Position numbers and translations under genes: made by a program. The notes beneath the pieces were generated by a model. The model saw only the letters and a program-made list of their open reading frames with translations. It was not told the DNA's origin and did no database searches. DNA of 64,000 bases, taken from positions 9,098-73,097 of the forward strand of contig CBDDFN010000010.1 of assembly GCA_965227065.1 (NCBI GenBank). The letters run 5' to 3'. Positions 1 to 10,656 of this stretch are shown here, piece by piece; the stretch's first letter is position 1, and each line of letters starts with the position of its first letter. The DNA comes from Alphaproteobacteria bacterium. GTDB lineage: Bacteria; Pseudomonadota; Alphaproteobacteria; SPJN01.

Positions 1-811
1 CGGAATGGGCAATTTCGCCGAGCACGGCTTTAAGCCGCTCCTCAAACTCGCCGCGATATTTCGCACCCGCGATCAGCGCGCCCATGTCGAGCGCCATGAC
101 CCGGCGGTCGCGCAGACTGTCGGGGACATCGCCGTTCACAACCCGTTGGGCCAGCCCTTCAATGATGGCGGTTTTGCCGACGCCGGGCTCGCCGATCAGG
201 ACGGGATTGTTTTTGGTCCGGCGCGAAAGCACCTGCACCGTCCGCCTTATTTCCTCATCCCGGCCAATGACGGGGTCAAGCTTGCCTGCGCGCGCATCTT
301 CGGTCAGGTCGCGGGCATATTTTTTCAGCGCATCAAAACCGTCCTCGGCCGACGCGCTGTCGGCGGTGCGCCCCTTTCGCATGGCATTGATTGCCTGATT
401 GAGCGATTGCGGATCGACCCCGCCTTTTTTGAGGGCTTCGGCCGCGCCGGAATTCGACACGGCAATGGCGGTCAGAATGCGTTCGGTGGTGACAAAGCTG
501 TCGCCGGCCTGTTTGGCGATCTTCTCCGCCTCTTCAAACAGCCGGGCGGTTTCAGGCTTCATCTGAAGCCCGCCCGCGCCCGCGCCTTCGACGGACGGAA
601 TTTTGGACAGCGCGGTGTCGAGCGCAGCCTCGACCTGGGTCGCATCGCCGCCCGCGCGCGCAATCAGCGCCTTGGTCAGCCCGTCTTCATCGTCGAGCAG
701 ACCTTTGAGAACATGATCAGGGGTAAATTGCTGGTGGCCTTTGCGCAGCGCATAGGTCTGAGCGGCCTGAAGGGCGGATTTCGCCCGTTCGGTATAGGTT
801 TCGAGTTGCAT
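1..811 (-). CDS. clpB: ClpB disaggregase chaperone, N-terminal ~270 aa (3' end runs off the window start)
   Basis: Minus-strand translation from ATG at 811..809 gives [35 protein letters not shown]..., then Clp_N repeats and the first AAA+ Walker [25 protein letters not shown]. The listed + ORF 5..829 is its antisense shadow. Confidence 0.9.
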   Translation of the reverse strand, partial: MQLETYTERAKSALQAAQTYALRKGHQQFTPDHVLKGLLDDEDGLTKALIARAGGDATQVEAALDTALSKIPSVEGAGAGGLQMKPETARLFEEAEKIAKQAGDSFVTTERILTAIAVSNSGAAEALKKGGVDPQSLNQAINAMRKGRTADSASAEDGFDALKKYARDLTEDARAGKLDPVIGRDEEIRRTVQVLSRRTKNNPVLIGEPGVGKTAIIEGLAQRVVNGDVPDSLRDRRVMALDMGALIAGAKYRGEFEERLKAVLGEIAHS

Positions 812-935
812 ACTCGCCTCTTTGTCTAGCCCGCTTTCTCCCCCTGAAATCAGCCGGGATCAGCGTCCAATCATCAATTGTGAAGGCCCTTCCTCGAAGC
901 AACCTTCTTCCAATTATGTGGGGAGGCAAACCGCC

Positions 936-1682
936 CTAAACAAGAGGCTTTTCAGCACAAACCATATAGTTCACGCCAAGGTCCCGTCGGCTCAAGGTGA
1001 ACGCGTCAGTCAAGGGCGAATAGGTCACGCCGGACTTGTCGGTGACGGTGAGCCCCGCCCCAATCAAATAGCGCTCAAGCTCGGTCGGCGTAATGAATTT
1101 CGACCAATGATGCGTGCCGCGCGGCAGCCAGCGCAACACATATTCCGCACCCACAATGGCCAAAGCATAACTTTTGGGCGTGCGGTTGAGCGTGGCGACC
1201 AGCATCACCCCGCCGGGCTTCAGCATGGAAGCGCAATCCTTCAAAAAGGGCCGTGGGTGAGCGACATGCTCCACCACTTCCATATTGAGGATAATGTCGA
1301 ACCGCTCCCCTTCAGCGCCAAGGTCTTCAGCGGTTGTGGCCCGGTAATCGATGGACAAGCCCTGTTCGTGGGCGTGAACCGCGGCGGTCTTGATATTGGC
1401 TTCGGCCGCATCAGCGCCCACCACCGTGGCTCCCAGCCGCGCCATCGGCTCCGACAACAGCCCGCCGCCGCAGCCGATATCGAGCAGACGCAGCCCCTCA
1501 AATGGCGTCGCAGCCTTGGGGTCTCGGTCAAAATGCCGGGTAAGCCGGTCGCGAATGTAAGACAGGCGCACCGGATTGAATTTATGAAGCGGCGCAAATT
1601 TGCCCGCCGGGTCCCACCAATCGGCCGCCATGGCCGAGAAATGGGCGATTTCTGAGGGGTCGATCGAGGTTGCCTGGCTCAA
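936..1682 (-). CDS. ubiG: Bifunctional 3-demethylubiquinone 3-O-methyltransferase / 2-polyprenyl-6-hydroxyphenol methylase
   Basis: 248 aa; WWD..G.F.PLH..NP.R, the SAM motif [19 protein letters not shown], and MEVVEHV match UbiG family hallmarks. Confidence 0.9.
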   Translation of the reverse strand: MSQATSIDPSEIAHFSAMAADWWDPAGKFAPLHKFNPVRLSYIRDRLTRHFDRDPKAATPFEGLRLLDIGCGGGLLSEPMARLGATVVGADAAEANIKTAAVHAHEQGLSIDYRATTAEDLGAEGERFDIILNMEVVEHVAHPRPFLKDCASMLKPGGVMLVATLNRTPKSYALAIVGAEYVLRWLPRGTHHWSKFITPTELERYLIGAGLTVTDKSGVTYSPLTDAFTLSRRDLGVNYMVCAEKPLV

Positions 1683-1804
1683 GAGCTTATCCTTTGTCGT
1701 GGGTCGCTTCCTTGCTCAACCCGCTTGCCTTCGATATATAGCGCGCCGGAGGGCGGCGCCAACCGGTGCCGCCTGTTTGTATTCACGAAGGACACAAAAG
1801 GGCA

Positions 1805-3043
1805 ATGGCGCGTATCGTCATGAAATTCGGCGGAACCTCGGTCGGCTCGGTGGAGCGGATCAAGGCGGTCGCCCAGCAGGTCAAGCGCGAGGTCGAGGCC
1901 GGCCATGAGGTCGCCGTGGTGGTTTCAGCCATGTCGGGCGAAACCAACCGGCTGGTTGGCCTGTGCTCGGACATCTCGCCGCTTTATGACGCGCGCGAAT
2001 ATGATGTTGTCGTGGCGGCCGGTGAGCAGGTCTCCATCGGGCTGCTTGCCATGGCGTTGCAGGACATTGGCGTCGTCGCCCGCTCCTGGCTGGGCTGGCA
2101 GGTGCCGATCAAGACCAATGATGTCCACAGCTCCGCCCGGATGACCGACATCGACACCGAGGCGCTTGACCGCAAATTTGCCGAAGGCCATCAGGTCGCC
2201 GTGATTGCCGGTTTTCAGGGTATCGGCCCAGACGGGCGGATCACCACGCTGGGACGGGGCGGCTCTGACACCTCGGCGGTGGCGGTAGCTGCGGCGCTCA
2301 AGGCCGAGCGGTGCGACATCTATACCGATGTAGACGGCGTCTATACGACCGATCCGCGGATGGAGCCCAAAGCGCGGAAACTTGATAAGATCACTTATGA
2401 GGAAATGCTCGAAATGGCATCGCTGGGCGCAAAGGTCTTGCAGACCCGCTCCGTCGAACTGGCCATGGCGCACAATGTACGGCTTCAGGTGAAGTCGAGC
2501 TTTGAAGACAAGCCCGGCACGCTGGTGTGCGGCGAGGAGGAAATTGTGGAACAGCAAATCGTCTCCGGCATTGCCTATTCGCGTGATGAGGCCAAGCTCA
2601 CCCTGATCAATGTGGCTGACCGGCCCGGTGTCTCGGCCGGCATTTTCGGCCCGCTGGCTGAGGCGGCCATCAATGTCGATGTGATTGTGCAGAACGTGTC
2701 CGAAGATGGAAAACTGACCGATGTCACCTTCACCGTGCCGCGGGCGGACCTCGCACGCGCCACGCAATTGATTGAAGGCATTCGCGAGGCGGTGCCTTAT
2801 GATGCCCTCAAAACCGCTGATGACGTCGCCAAAGTGTCGGTGATCGGTGTGGGCATGCGCAGCCATACCGGCGTTGCCCAGACCATGTTCCGCACGCTGG
2901 CCGAGAACGGAATCAATATTCTTGCCATCACGACGTCGGAGATTAAGGTCTCGGTCCTGATCGAGGAAAAATATATCGAGCTTGCAGTCCGCGCCCTGCA
3001 TGGCGCTTATGGGCTCGACAAACCCAGCGCCCAAACGGGGTAA
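1805..3043 (+). CDS. lysC: Aspartate kinase with C-terminal ACT domains
   Basis: MARIVMKFGGTSV N-terminus (ATG 1805 in frame with ORF 1766..3043), amino-acid kinase core, tandem ACT region ending ...ALHGAYGLD. Confidence 0.9.
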   Translation: MARIVMKFGGTSVGSVERIKAVAQQVKREVEAGHEVAVVVSAMSGETNRLVGLCSDISPLYDAREYDVVVAAGEQVSIGLLAMALQDIGVVARSWLGWQVPIKTNDVHSSARMTDIDTEALDRKFAEGHQVAVIAGFQGIGPDGRITTLGRGGSDTSAVAVAAALKAERCDIYTDVDGVYTTDPRMEPKARKLDKITYEEMLEMASLGAKVLQTRSVELAMAHNVRLQVKSSFEDKPGTLVCGEEEIVEQQIVSGIAYSRDEAKLTLINVADRPGVSAGIFGPLAEAAINVDVIVQNVSEDGKLTDVTFTVPRADLARATQLIEGIREAVPYDALKTADDVAKVSVIGVGMRSHTGVAQTMFRTLAENGINILAITTSEIKVSVLIEEKYIELAVRALHGAYGLDKPSAQTG

Positions 3044-3044
3044 G

Positions 3045-5318
3045 ATGCCTGACACGTTAAGAGCCCACGCCAATCCGCGCACCCTGCTCCGGCAGCTGCG
3101 CGGCGTTATGGCGAAACCTGCCCCGGCAGATGAACGGCTCAATGAGACGGTCAAGCTGATCGCGCAGAACATGGTGGCCGAAGTGTGTTCGGTCTACGTC
3201 ATGCGAGCCGATGACCGTCTGGAACTGTACGCCACCGAGGGCTTGAAAATCGACGCAGTGCACAAGACCGTGCTGCGCGTGGGACAAGGCCTGGTCGGCG
3301 CGATTGCCGCGACCTCGCGGCACCTCAATCTGGCTGAAGCGCAAAACCATCCCAACTTTGCCTACCGGCCAGAGACGGGCGAGGAAGTGTTTCATTCCTT
3401 CCTCGGTGTACCGATCTTGCGGCTGGGCAAGGTGATCGGCGTGCTGGCGGTGCAGAACATCACCCCGCGCCATTATGAAGAAGATGAGGTCGAGGCGCTT
3501 CAGACCATTGCCATGGTACTGGCCGAAATGCTCGGCACGGGCGAGCTTGGCAACGAACGCTCCCTGCCCGACAGCAAGCTCCGACGCACCATTTCCCAGC
3601 GCTTTGACGTGATGGGGCTGGCTGATGGCGTGGCGGTCGGTCATGCGGTTTTGCATGAACCGCGCATCATCATCGAGAACCGCTTTTCCGATGATCCCGA
3701 AGAAGAGGCGTTGCGCCTGACCAAGGCAATCGGCGAGTTGCGGGAATCGATTGACCGCATGCTCGAAAGCTCAGACGTGTCGCTGGCGGGGGAGCATCGC
3801 GACGTGCTCGAAGCCTACCGCATGTTCGCCCATGATCAGGGCTGGATCCGCCGCATGCAGGAAGCGGTTGAGCGCGGCCTGACCGCCGAAGGCGCGGTTG
3901 AAAAAGTGCAAGGCGAGACCCGCGCCCGGCTGCAACATCAGACCGATCCTTATTTGCGCGAACGGCTGCACGATCTTGATGACCTCGCCAACCGGCTGAT
4001 GCGCCATCTGACGGGGCAGACCTCAACCGCGGCGGGTGAAGATTTGCCCGACGATGCGATCCTGATTGCCCGGTCCATGGGACCGGCCGAGCTGCTGGAT
4101 TATGACCGCAGCCGCCTGAAAGGCATCATCCTCGCCGAAGGCTCGCCCACCAGCCATGTGGCGATTGTCGCCCGGGCGCTGGATGTACCGCTGGTTGGCC
4201 GCGCTGAAGACATTCCCGATGCGGTGGAACCGGGCGACCGGATCATTGTCGACGCCGACACAGCCCAGGTCTTTTTGCGTCCCTCTGAAGATGTGGTTTC
4301 GCTTTATGCTGAAACCGTCAAGGCGCGCGCTGACCGCAAGGCCGAATATACCGCCATTCGTGACGAGCCTGCCATCACGCAGGACGGCACGCGCATTATG
4401 CTCAATATGAATGCGGGCCTGGTGGTTGATCTGCAAACGCTGGAGCAGAACGGCGCAGACGGCATCGGGCTGTTCCGCACCGAACTGCAATTCATGGTGT
4501 CATCGCAATTGCCGCGCATCGACAGCCAGATCGACCTTTACAGCCAGGTGATGGACGCCGCCGGTGACAAGCCGGTGATCTTCCGCACCATTGATGTCGG
4601 CGGCGACAAGGTGCTGCCTTATCTGGGCACCGCACGGGAAGAAAACCCCGCCCTTGGCTGGCGGGCGATCCGCATTGCGCTCGACCGGCCCGCTTTGCTG
4701 CGCGCGCAAATTCGCGCCTTGCTCGAAGCCGCCAAAGGCCGGCCGCTTTCACTGATGTTCCCGATGATCGCGGATGTGTCGGAGTTTCAGGCCGCCCGCG
4801 CGCTGGTCGACAAGGAGCTCGCCCGGCTCGATAAGGTCGGCCTTCCCCGGCCCGCCAAGCTTGATGTCGGCACCATGCTGGAAGTGCCATCACTCGCCTG
4901 GCAGTTGAATGCGCTTTTGCCGCTGGTGGATTTTGTGTCGGTCGGCTCGAACGATCTGATGCAGTTTTTCTTTGCGTCGGACCGCGGCAATCCCAAATTG
5001 GCCAACCGCTATGACTTGCTGTCACCGAGTGTTCTCGCCTTCTTGAATTTCCTTGTGCGCGCCTGCAATGCCCATCAGGTCCCGATATCGCTGTGCGGGG
5101 AAATGGGGGGCCGTCCGCTTGAAGCCATGGCGCTGATCGGCATCGGTTTCCGGTCAATTTCCATGCCGCCGGCCGCCATCGGTCCCGTCAAGCTGATGGT
5201 CCGCAGTCTTGATCTGCCGGTGCTCGAAGATTTCATCATGAGCCTGTTTGACATGCCCGATCATTCGGTGCGCGGCAATCTTGAGACCTTCGCTTACGAT
5301 CACGGCATCCTGATCTAG
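3045..5318 (+). CDS. ptsP: Phosphoenolpyruvate-protein phosphotransferase, nitrogen PTS enzyme I (GAF + EI domains)
   Basis: ATG 3045 lies 1 nt after the lysC stop. N-terminal GAF (VYVMRADDRLELYATEGL...), PEP-utilizing enzyme domains (GSPTSHVAIVARALDVP; FRTIDVGGDK; SVGSNDLMQF). Confidence 0.85.
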   Translation: MPDTLRAHANPRTLLRQLRGVMAKPAPADERLNETVKLIAQNMVAEVCSVYVMRADDRLELYATEGLKIDAVHKTVLRVGQGLVGAIAATSRHLNLAEAQNHPNFAYRPETGEEVFHSFLGVPILRLGKVIGVLAVQNITPRHYEEDEVEALQTIAMVLAEMLGTGELGNERSLPDSKLRRTISQRFDVMGLADGVAVGHAVLHEPRIIIENRFSDDPEEEALRLTKAIGELRESIDRMLESSDVSLAGEHRDVLEAYRMFAHDQGWIRRMQEAVERGLTAEGAVEKVQGETRARLQHQTDPYLRERLHDLDDLANRLMRHLTGQTSTAAGEDLPDDAILIARSMGPAELLDYDRSRLKGIILAEGSPTSHVAIVARALDVPLVGRAEDIPDAVEPGDRIIVDADTAQVFLRPSEDVVSLYAETVKARADRKAEYTAIRDEPAITQDGTRIMLNMNAGLVVDLQTLEQNGADGIGLFRTELQFMVSSQLPRIDSQIDLYSQVMDAAGDKPVIFRTIDVGGDKVLPYLGTAREENPALGWRAIRIALDRPALLRAQIRALLEAAKGRPLSLMFPMIADVSEFQAARALVDKELARLDKVGLPRPAKLDVGTMLEVPSLAWQLNALLPLVDFVSVGSNDLMQFFFASDRGNPKLANRYDLLSPSVLAFLNFLVRACNAHQVPISLCGEMGGRPLEAMALIGIGFRSISMPPAAIGPVKLMVRSLDLPVLEDFIMSLFDMPDHSVRGNLETFAYDHGILI

Positions 5319-5378
5319 CCCGCCTCTTACCCGGACCGGTTATGTGAAGCTTTTGCGACGCACCACAGGCTGAGCAGG

Positions 5379-5407
5379 TGCAGCATTGAATTTGCTGCAG
5401 TTTTTTG
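5379..5407 (+). terminator. Rho-independent terminator downstream of ptsP
   Basis: Stem TGCAGCA / TGCTGCA with a 7-nt loop, followed by GTTTTTTGATTTT. Confidence 0.5.
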
Positions 5408-5540
5408 ATTTTATGCGTCTGGGTGGAAGATTTTAGGGGGCTGTTGCTAACAGGCAACATGAGACTCTTACCGGTCACACCTGTATGGAAGATATTGGCA
5501 CCGCCTTTGTGCGGGGCACCTGCGCTCAAAAGGATTTTGC

Positions 5541-6551
5541 GTGACAGAGCAAGCGACACAGGAGGCCCAGCCGCCTCAATCGACGACGCCCCCGCCTGCT
5601 TCGGGCCCCAGTGCGGGTGAGAAGCTCAAGACAGCGCGTCTCGAAAAAGGTCTGGAGCTGAGCGCGATTGCCAACCGGCTGCGCCTCAAACAAGACCAGC
5701 TCGAAGCGCTTGAGAACGACAATTACGAGCCGTTCCCCGCCATCGCCTATGCGCTGGGCTTTATGCGTTCCTACGCATCGTTCCTGGGCGTCGATGTCAG
5801 CGCCGAAATCCAGACAATCAAAGCGGCCAACGAACCCAGGCTTCACCCCACATCGCTCGATTTTCCCGAAGCCCCGGTCAGCCGTGGCTCATTCAACATC
5901 CTGCCGTTCGTGATTGTGCTGGTGCTGGCAGGCGCCGGTTATGGCGCCTGGAGCTGGTTCAACCAGCCTGACACAGCGCAAGTCACTTCGGCCCCCGCGC
6001 CGGTGGAACAGCCCGCTGCAGAGCCGGAGGCGCCTGCCTTCGACCCGGTTTCCGAATCTGTCCCCCCGCTTTCACCGGCAGCGCCGGATGCGGACGCCCA
6101 AGCCCTCGATACGCCCGCAGGCCCGGTCATGGAAGAGCCCGTGCGCAGCGGCGGTGATGCGGCGCTGGCCGCGCCCCTTCCCGAGGACGACGACGCCTTG
6201 GAGGCCGTGGATGAGGCCGCTGCAGACGATACGCCCCAACCTGCGCCAACACCTGCCGTTCCCGTTGATGCGGCGCTTGCCAACGCCATCACCTTTGTAG
6301 CGATTGAGGACAGCTGGCTTCAGATCAAGTCGCCCGCAGGCCGCATCCTCAAAACCGGCGTTCTGTTCAAAGGTCAAAGCTACACCCTGCCCGACCGTCA
6401 AGGTTTAACCATGATTACAGGTAATGCTGGCGGTCTGAGCGTGCAGATCGGCACCACCATGCTGGGTGTGCTGGGCAAGTCCGGCGAGATCAAGCAGGAC
6501 GTCGCGCTCAATGCTGAAACGCTGCAAGGCCTGGTCAGCGCGACCCAATGA
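5541..6551 (+). CDS. rodZ: RodZ-like cytoskeleton protein (HTH_25 N-domain, one TM, Pro/Ala-rich linker, DUF4115 C-domain)
   Basis: GTG start. N-terminal KLKTARLEKGLELSAIANRLRLKQDQLEALEND, TM ILPFVIVLVLAGAGYGAW, C-terminal DUF4115-like ...LQIKSPAGRILKTGVLFKGQSYTLP.... Sits immediately upstream of ispG, as rodZ does in E. coli. Confidence 0.7.
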   Translation: MTEQATQEAQPPQSTTPPPASGPSAGEKLKTARLEKGLELSAIANRLRLKQDQLEALENDNYEPFPAIAYALGFMRSYASFLGVDVSAEIQTIKAANEPRLHPTSLDFPEAPVSRGSFNILPFVIVLVLAGAGYGAWSWFNQPDTAQVTSAPAPVEQPAAEPEAPAFDPVSESVPPLSPAAPDADAQALDTPAGPVMEEPVRSGGDAALAAPLPEDDDALEAVDEAAADDTPQPAPTPAVPVDAALANAITFVAIEDSWLQIKSPAGRILKTGVLFKGQSYTLPDRQGLTMITGNAGGLSVQIGTTMLGVLGKSGEIKQDVALNAETLQGLVSATQ

Positions 6552-6625
6552 CCAACAACGACATGGTGGCGGGCCGCCCGCTTCAATGGTAGATCAGGCC
6601 CAGCACTGAAAGCTTTGGACCTGAC

Positions 6626-7729
6626 ATGAGCGTTCGACCCTATCGCGATATTGACCGCCGCAAATCCCGCCAGATCATGGTGGGCAATGTGGCTGTCGGC
6701 GGGGACGCCCCGATCAGCGTGCAGTCCATGACCAACACGCTGACTTCCGATCCGCGCGCCACGCTCAACCAGATCCACGCCATGGAAGAGGCGGGCGCTG
6801 ATATTGTCCGGGTGTCCTGCCCCGATGAGGACTCAACCGCTGCCCTGCCGCGTATCGTGCAGGAAGCCAATGTGCCGATCGTCGCCGACATTCATTTCCA
6901 CTATAAGCGCGCCATCGAGGCCGCCAAGGCCGGCGCGGCCTGCCTGCGGATCAATCCAGGCAATATCGGATCAGCCGACCGGGTGCGCGAGGTGGTCCAG
7001 GCCGCCAAGGATCATGGCTGTTCGATGCGCATCGGCGTCAATGCGGGCAGCCTTGAAAAGCATCTGCTGGAAAAATATGGCGAGCCCTGCCCCGAAGCGA
7101 TGGTGGAAAGCGCGCTCGACCACGCCCGCATTCTCGAAGACCATGACTTTTTCGAATTCAAGATTTCGGTCAAAGCCTCTGACGTCTTTCTTGCCGTGGC
7201 CGCCTATCAGGGCCTTGCCGAGGCGTGTGACTACCCGCTGCATATCGGTGTGACCGAAGCGGGCGGCTTGCGCGGCGGTACGGTCAAAAGCTCGATCGGG
7301 CTTGGCATGCTGCTCTGGTCGGGCATTGGCGATACGCTGCGTGTGTCGCTGTCAGCTGATCCGGTTGAAGAGGTTCATGTCGGCTTCGACATTCTCAAAT
7401 CGCTCAATCTGCGCCATCGCGGCGTCAATATTATTTCCTGCCCCTCTTGCGCGCGCCAGGCATTCCCGGTGATCGACACGGTGGCACTGCTGGAAGAAAA
7501 GCTTGCGCACATCTCAACGCCGATGACGCTTTCGATCATTGGTTGTGTTGTGAACGGGCCGGGTGAGGCGCGCGAAACCGATATCGGGCTGACCGGCGGG
7601 GGCAATTCCAATCACATGGTCTATCTGTCAGGCGTCACCGATCACAAGATCAAGACCGACGGCATGGTCGACCATATTGTCGAGCTGGTTGAGAAAAAAG
7701 CCGCCGAACTCGACGCCGCCAACTCTTAG
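6626..7729 (+). CDS. ispG: 4-hydroxy-3-methylbut-2-en-1-yl diphosphate synthase (flavodoxin)
   Basis: 367 aa; [20 protein letters not shown], and the C-terminal Fe-S cysteines in CPSCARQ and [10 protein letters not shown]. Confidence 0.95.
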   Translation: MSVRPYRDIDRRKSRQIMVGNVAVGGDAPISVQSMTNTLTSDPRATLNQIHAMEEAGADIVRVSCPDEDSTAALPRIVQEANVPIVADIHFHYKRAIEAAKAGAACLRINPGNIGSADRVREVVQAAKDHGCSMRIGVNAGSLEKHLLEKYGEPCPEAMVESALDHARILEDHDFFEFKISVKASDVFLAVAAYQGLAEACDYPLHIGVTEAGGLRGGTVKSSIGLGMLLWSGIGDTLRVSLSADPVEEVHVGFDILKSLNLRHRGVNIISCPSCARQAFPVIDTVALLEEKLAHISTPMTLSIIGCVVNGPGEARETDIGLTGGGNSNHMVYLSGVTDHKIKTDGMVDHIVELVEKKAAELDAANS

Positions 7730-7789
7730 CGACCCATTTTTGCATTTTACCGGCACGCCGCCCCCTTATGGACGGGCGGCTTGGAGGCC

Positions 7790-8869
7790 ATGATGAATCA
7801 CGAACAGATCACCCGCATCATTGAGCGCTTTGAGGGCATGGAACAGGCCATGGCCGCGCCCGACATTGCGCCTGAAGATTTGGTGAAGCTCGCCAAGGAG
7901 CATTCCGATCTTCGCCCGATTGCAGAAGCCGCCCGCGACCTCAGCACAGCGCAAAGCGAAGCGGGGGAGCTTGAAGAGCTCGCCGCCGGGGATGATGAAG
8001 ACATGGCCGCCATGGCCGCCGATGAACTTGCAGCCCTGAAAGAAAAACTGCCCGAGCTCGAACATCAGCTCAAAATTCTGATGCTGCCCAAGGACGCTGC
8101 GGACGACAAAAACGCCATCCTTGAAATCCGTGCCGGAACCGGCGGCGACGAAGCGGCCTTGTTCGCAGGCAATCTGTTGCGCATGTATGAACGGCACGCC
8201 GCCAATAAGGGCTGGAAGGTTGAAATCATGGAAGGCGCGCCCTCTGAAGTGGGCGGCTATAAGGAAGTGGTCGCCACCATTGCAGGCAATGGCGTCTATT
8301 CGCGGCTGAAATATGAAAGCGGCGTACACCGTGTCCAGCGGGTGCCTGAAACCGAAAGCGGCGGACGCATCCACACTTCGGCCGCGACGGTGGCCGTGCT
8401 GCCCGAAGCCGAAGAAGTTGACATTGAAATCAATGAAAGCGATCTGCGGATTGACACGTTCCGGGCCTCAGGCGCCGGTGGCCAGCATGTGAACACGACG
8501 GACTCAGCGGTGCGCATTACCCACTTGCCGACCGGGGTTGTGGTCAGCCAGCAGGACGAAAAATCCCAACACAAGAACAAGGCCAAAGCGCTCAAAATCC
8601 TGCGCGCCAAACTTTATGACGAAGAGCGCCGCCGCATTGACAGCGAACGCGCAGCGGACCGCAAAAGTCAGGTCGGCTCAGGCGACCGGTCTGAACGCAT
8701 CCGAACCTATAACTATCCGCAAGGCCGTGTGTCCGACCATCGGATCAATCTGACGCTCTACAAGCTGGAACAGATTGTGGCGGGCGAGGCGCTGGATGAA
8801 TTGATTGACCCGTTGATTGAAGCCGATCAGGCCGCGGCGCTCGCCGCGATGGATGATGATGACAGCTGA
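7790..8869 (+). CDS. prfA: Peptide chain release factor 1
   Basis: GGQ motif ([25 protein letters not shown]) and the RF-1 PxT-region context. GGAGG RBS at 7783-7787 precedes ATG 7790/7793; the tracked ORF starts at TTG 7781. Confidence 0.93.
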   Translation: MMNHEQITRIIERFEGMEQAMAAPDIAPEDLVKLAKEHSDLRPIAEAARDLSTAQSEAGELEELAAGDDEDMAAMAADELAALKEKLPELEHQLKILMLPKDAADDKNAILEIRAGTGGDEAALFAGNLLRMYERHAANKGWKVEIMEGAPSEVGGYKEVVATIAGNGVYSRLKYESGVHRVQRVPETESGGRIHTSAATVAVLPEAEEVDIEINESDLRIDTFRASGAGGQHVNTTDSAVRITHLPTGVVVSQQDEKSQHKNKAKALKILRAKLYDEERRRIDSERAADRKSQVGSGDRSERIRTYNYPQGRVSDHRINLTLYKLEQIVAGEALDELIDPLIEADQAAALAAMDDDDS

Positions 8870-9668
8870 TCTGATCGCACAGCTGGCCAAAGCGGGCCTT
8901 TCCAATCCCGCCGATGAATTGCGTGCCATTCTTAACCGGCTTGGTTTGCGCGCCGGCGCCGAGTGGAGCGCGGAGGACACCGAACGGCTCCACGCCGTCG
9001 TGGCACGCCGGGCGGGGCGTGAGCCGCTGGGCTATATTTTAAAGGAACAGGGGTTCTGGTCGCTCGACCTGGCGGTTTCCCCCCATGTGCTCAATCCCCG
9101 GCCTGACACGGAATGTCTGGTTGAGGCGATGCTCAAACGGATTGACGACAAGGCTGCATCGCTGCGCCTTTTGGACCTCGGCACGGGATCGGGCGCGATC
9201 ATGCTGGCTTTGTTGAGCGAGCTGCCCAACGCCACCGGTATCGCGACCGATCAAAGCCCCGAAGCCCTGGCCGTGGCCGAAATCAACGCCCATCAGGCGG
9301 GGCTGGCGGACAGGGTTGGGTTTGTGCACACCGACTGGGCTGCCGGCTTGCACGGCCCGTTTGATCTGATCGTGTCGAACCCGCCTTACATTGAAAGCGC
9401 CGTGATCGAAACGCTGGAGCCTGAGGTGCGCGATCACGAACCGCGCGCAGCCCTCGATGGCGGACCCGACGGGCTGGAAGCCTACCGAGCCATTCTCGGC
9501 ACAATTGCAGCGCTTTGCACACCCGGCACACAGCTTGGATTCGAGATCGGGTTTGATCAGGCCACGAGCGTTGGCGCCCTGATGGTAGCCGCCGGCTGGA
9601 ACCCGCCTGAGCTTGTGCACGACTATGGCGGAAACCCACGGGTTTTGGTCAGCACTCGGGCCAGCTGA
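8853..9668 (+). CDS. prmC: Release factor glutamine N5-methyltransferase (HemK/PrmC)
   Basis: NPPY motif ([10 protein letters not shown]) and SAM fold ([14 protein letters not shown]). ATG 8853 overlaps the prfA 3' end, the usual prfA-prmC coupling. Confidence 0.9.
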   Translation: MMMTADLIAQLAKAGLSNPADELRAILNRLGLRAGAEWSAEDTERLHAVVARRAGREPLGYILKEQGFWSLDLAVSPHVLNPRPDTECLVEAMLKRIDDKAASLRLLDLGTGSGAIMLALLSELPNATGIATDQSPEALAVAEINAHQAGLADRVGFVHTDWAAGLHGPFDLIVSNPPYIESAVIETLEPEVRDHEPRAALDGGPDGLEAYRAILGTIAALCTPGTQLGFEIGFDQATSVGALMVAAGWNPPELVHDYGGNPRVLVSTRAS

Positions 9669-10039
9669 CGGGCTCGAAAATGTCGCAAAAAAGGGGCTTT
9701 CCAAGGCCCCTCCAAGCCGCTAGGGTGATTTTAATCGGGGCGGAAAACCGGGGTGACGCGCAATGTGCGAGCCCTTTTTCGCCTTACAATCAGTCTGTCA
9801 GATCTGTTGATCGATACGGCATAGGGTGCGGTCGCACCATGACGGTCAAGTGTGCGGAAACGCGAAGACCGCGGAGTGCGCCAAGTGGGTGGCCAAGACG
9901 CCGGAACACAGTTTGAACGATGCACACCATGCGCGTTACCCCGCGCCGGTTGTGCGTGGTTTTTAGGACATCAATGACGGTGTCCAGTCAGCCAGACGGC
10001 TGAATTTGTGATGTTTGAGGTTAATTTCAGGAAGAAGCG

Positions 10040-10651
10040 ATGAGACAAGGCCAAAATGGCAAGCGCTCCCGCGGGCGCGGTCGTCGTCAGCAAAACCCGT
10101 CCAACCGGTCTTACGAGTCGAACGGTCCCGACGTCAAAATTCGCGGCAATGCGAATACGATCGTCGAAAAGTATCAGACGCTGGCCCGCGACGCACAGTC
10201 GAGCGGGGATCGGGTGATGGCGGAGAACTATCTCCAGCACGCCGAACATTATCAGCGCATCATCAATTCGTTTGCACCGCCCGAACGGCCAGAACGGGAT
10301 AATGATGCACGGGATAATGATGCACGGGACAATGACGCAAGGGATACGGATGCGCGGGACGGTGACGCGAAAGCCGATGATCAAACCGGTCAGCGCGCCA
10401 AAGACAGTGGCACTGCCGACAAGGACGATGACGGCCCCGATGCCATCAAAGTGTCCGACACTGACGCGCCGCAGCCCGACATTCCCGATGATGCCCATGC
10501 GGCGACCTCTGCGGCCAACGGCAATGGCGAAGACAAGCCCAAGCGCCGTACGCGCCGGGCGCGCAAACCCGCAGCTGAGGTTGAAGCTGCCGATGATAGT
10601 GCCCCCGCAGAAAGCGGAAGTGAAGAAACCGCCGAAGCACAGGCGGGCTAA
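10040..10651 (+). CDS. DUF4167 domain protein with Arg-rich N-terminus and acidic repeat tail
   Basis: GRGRRQQNPSNRSYESNGPDVKIRGNANTIVEKYQTLARDAQSSGDRVMAENYLQHAEHYQRII matches the conserved alphaproteobacterial DUF4167 core. The tail carries (E/A)RDNDA pentapeptide repeats. Confidence 0.75.
   Translation: MRQGQNGKRSRGRGRRQQNPSNRSYESNGPDVKIRGNANTIVEKYQTLARDAQSSGDRVMAENYLQHAEHYQRIINSFAPPERPERDNDARDNDARDNDARDTDARDGDAKADDQTGQRAKDSGTADKDDDGPDAIKVSDTDAPQPDIPDDAHAATSAANGNGEDKPKRRTRRARKPAAEVEAADDSAPAESGSEETAEAQAG
10294..10372 (+). repeat. 15-bp tandem repeat (~5 units, cgggataatgatgca...) inside the DUF4167 gene
   Basis: cgggataatgatgcacgggataatgatgcacgggacaatgacgcaagggatacggatgcgcgggacggtgacgcg, translated RDNDARDNDARDNDARDTDARDGDA. 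Confidence 0.8.
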
Positions 10652-10656
10652 CCGCC

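Noticed and set aside
5-829. 274-aa + strand ORF at the window start
   Set aside because: It is the antisense shadow of clpB. The minus-strand translation has the unmistakable Clp_N plus Walker A sequence, and the + ORF has no domain-like content.
1925-3172. 415-aa minus-strand ORF overlapping lysC. Similar long antisense ORFs occur at 11400..12215, 12281..13006, 15549..16598, 17617..18759, 34615..35574, 36355..37386, 43746..44987, 47634..49001, 51320..52123, 57244..58068 and 59901..60797.
   Set aside because: These are typical stop-codon-poor antisense frames of high-GC genes. Each lies wholly opposite a gene with strong family signatures, and their translations are Arg/Ala/Gly-rich low-complexity sequences without motifs.
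5541-7729. rodZ-ispG adjacency as something unusual
   Set aside because: This is the ancestral arrangement also seen in E. coli. It is noted in the features but is not a finding.
9039-9704. 221-aa minus ORF opposite prmC
   Set aside because: Antisense to a well-supported methyltransferase (NPPY, SAM motif); no independent evidence.
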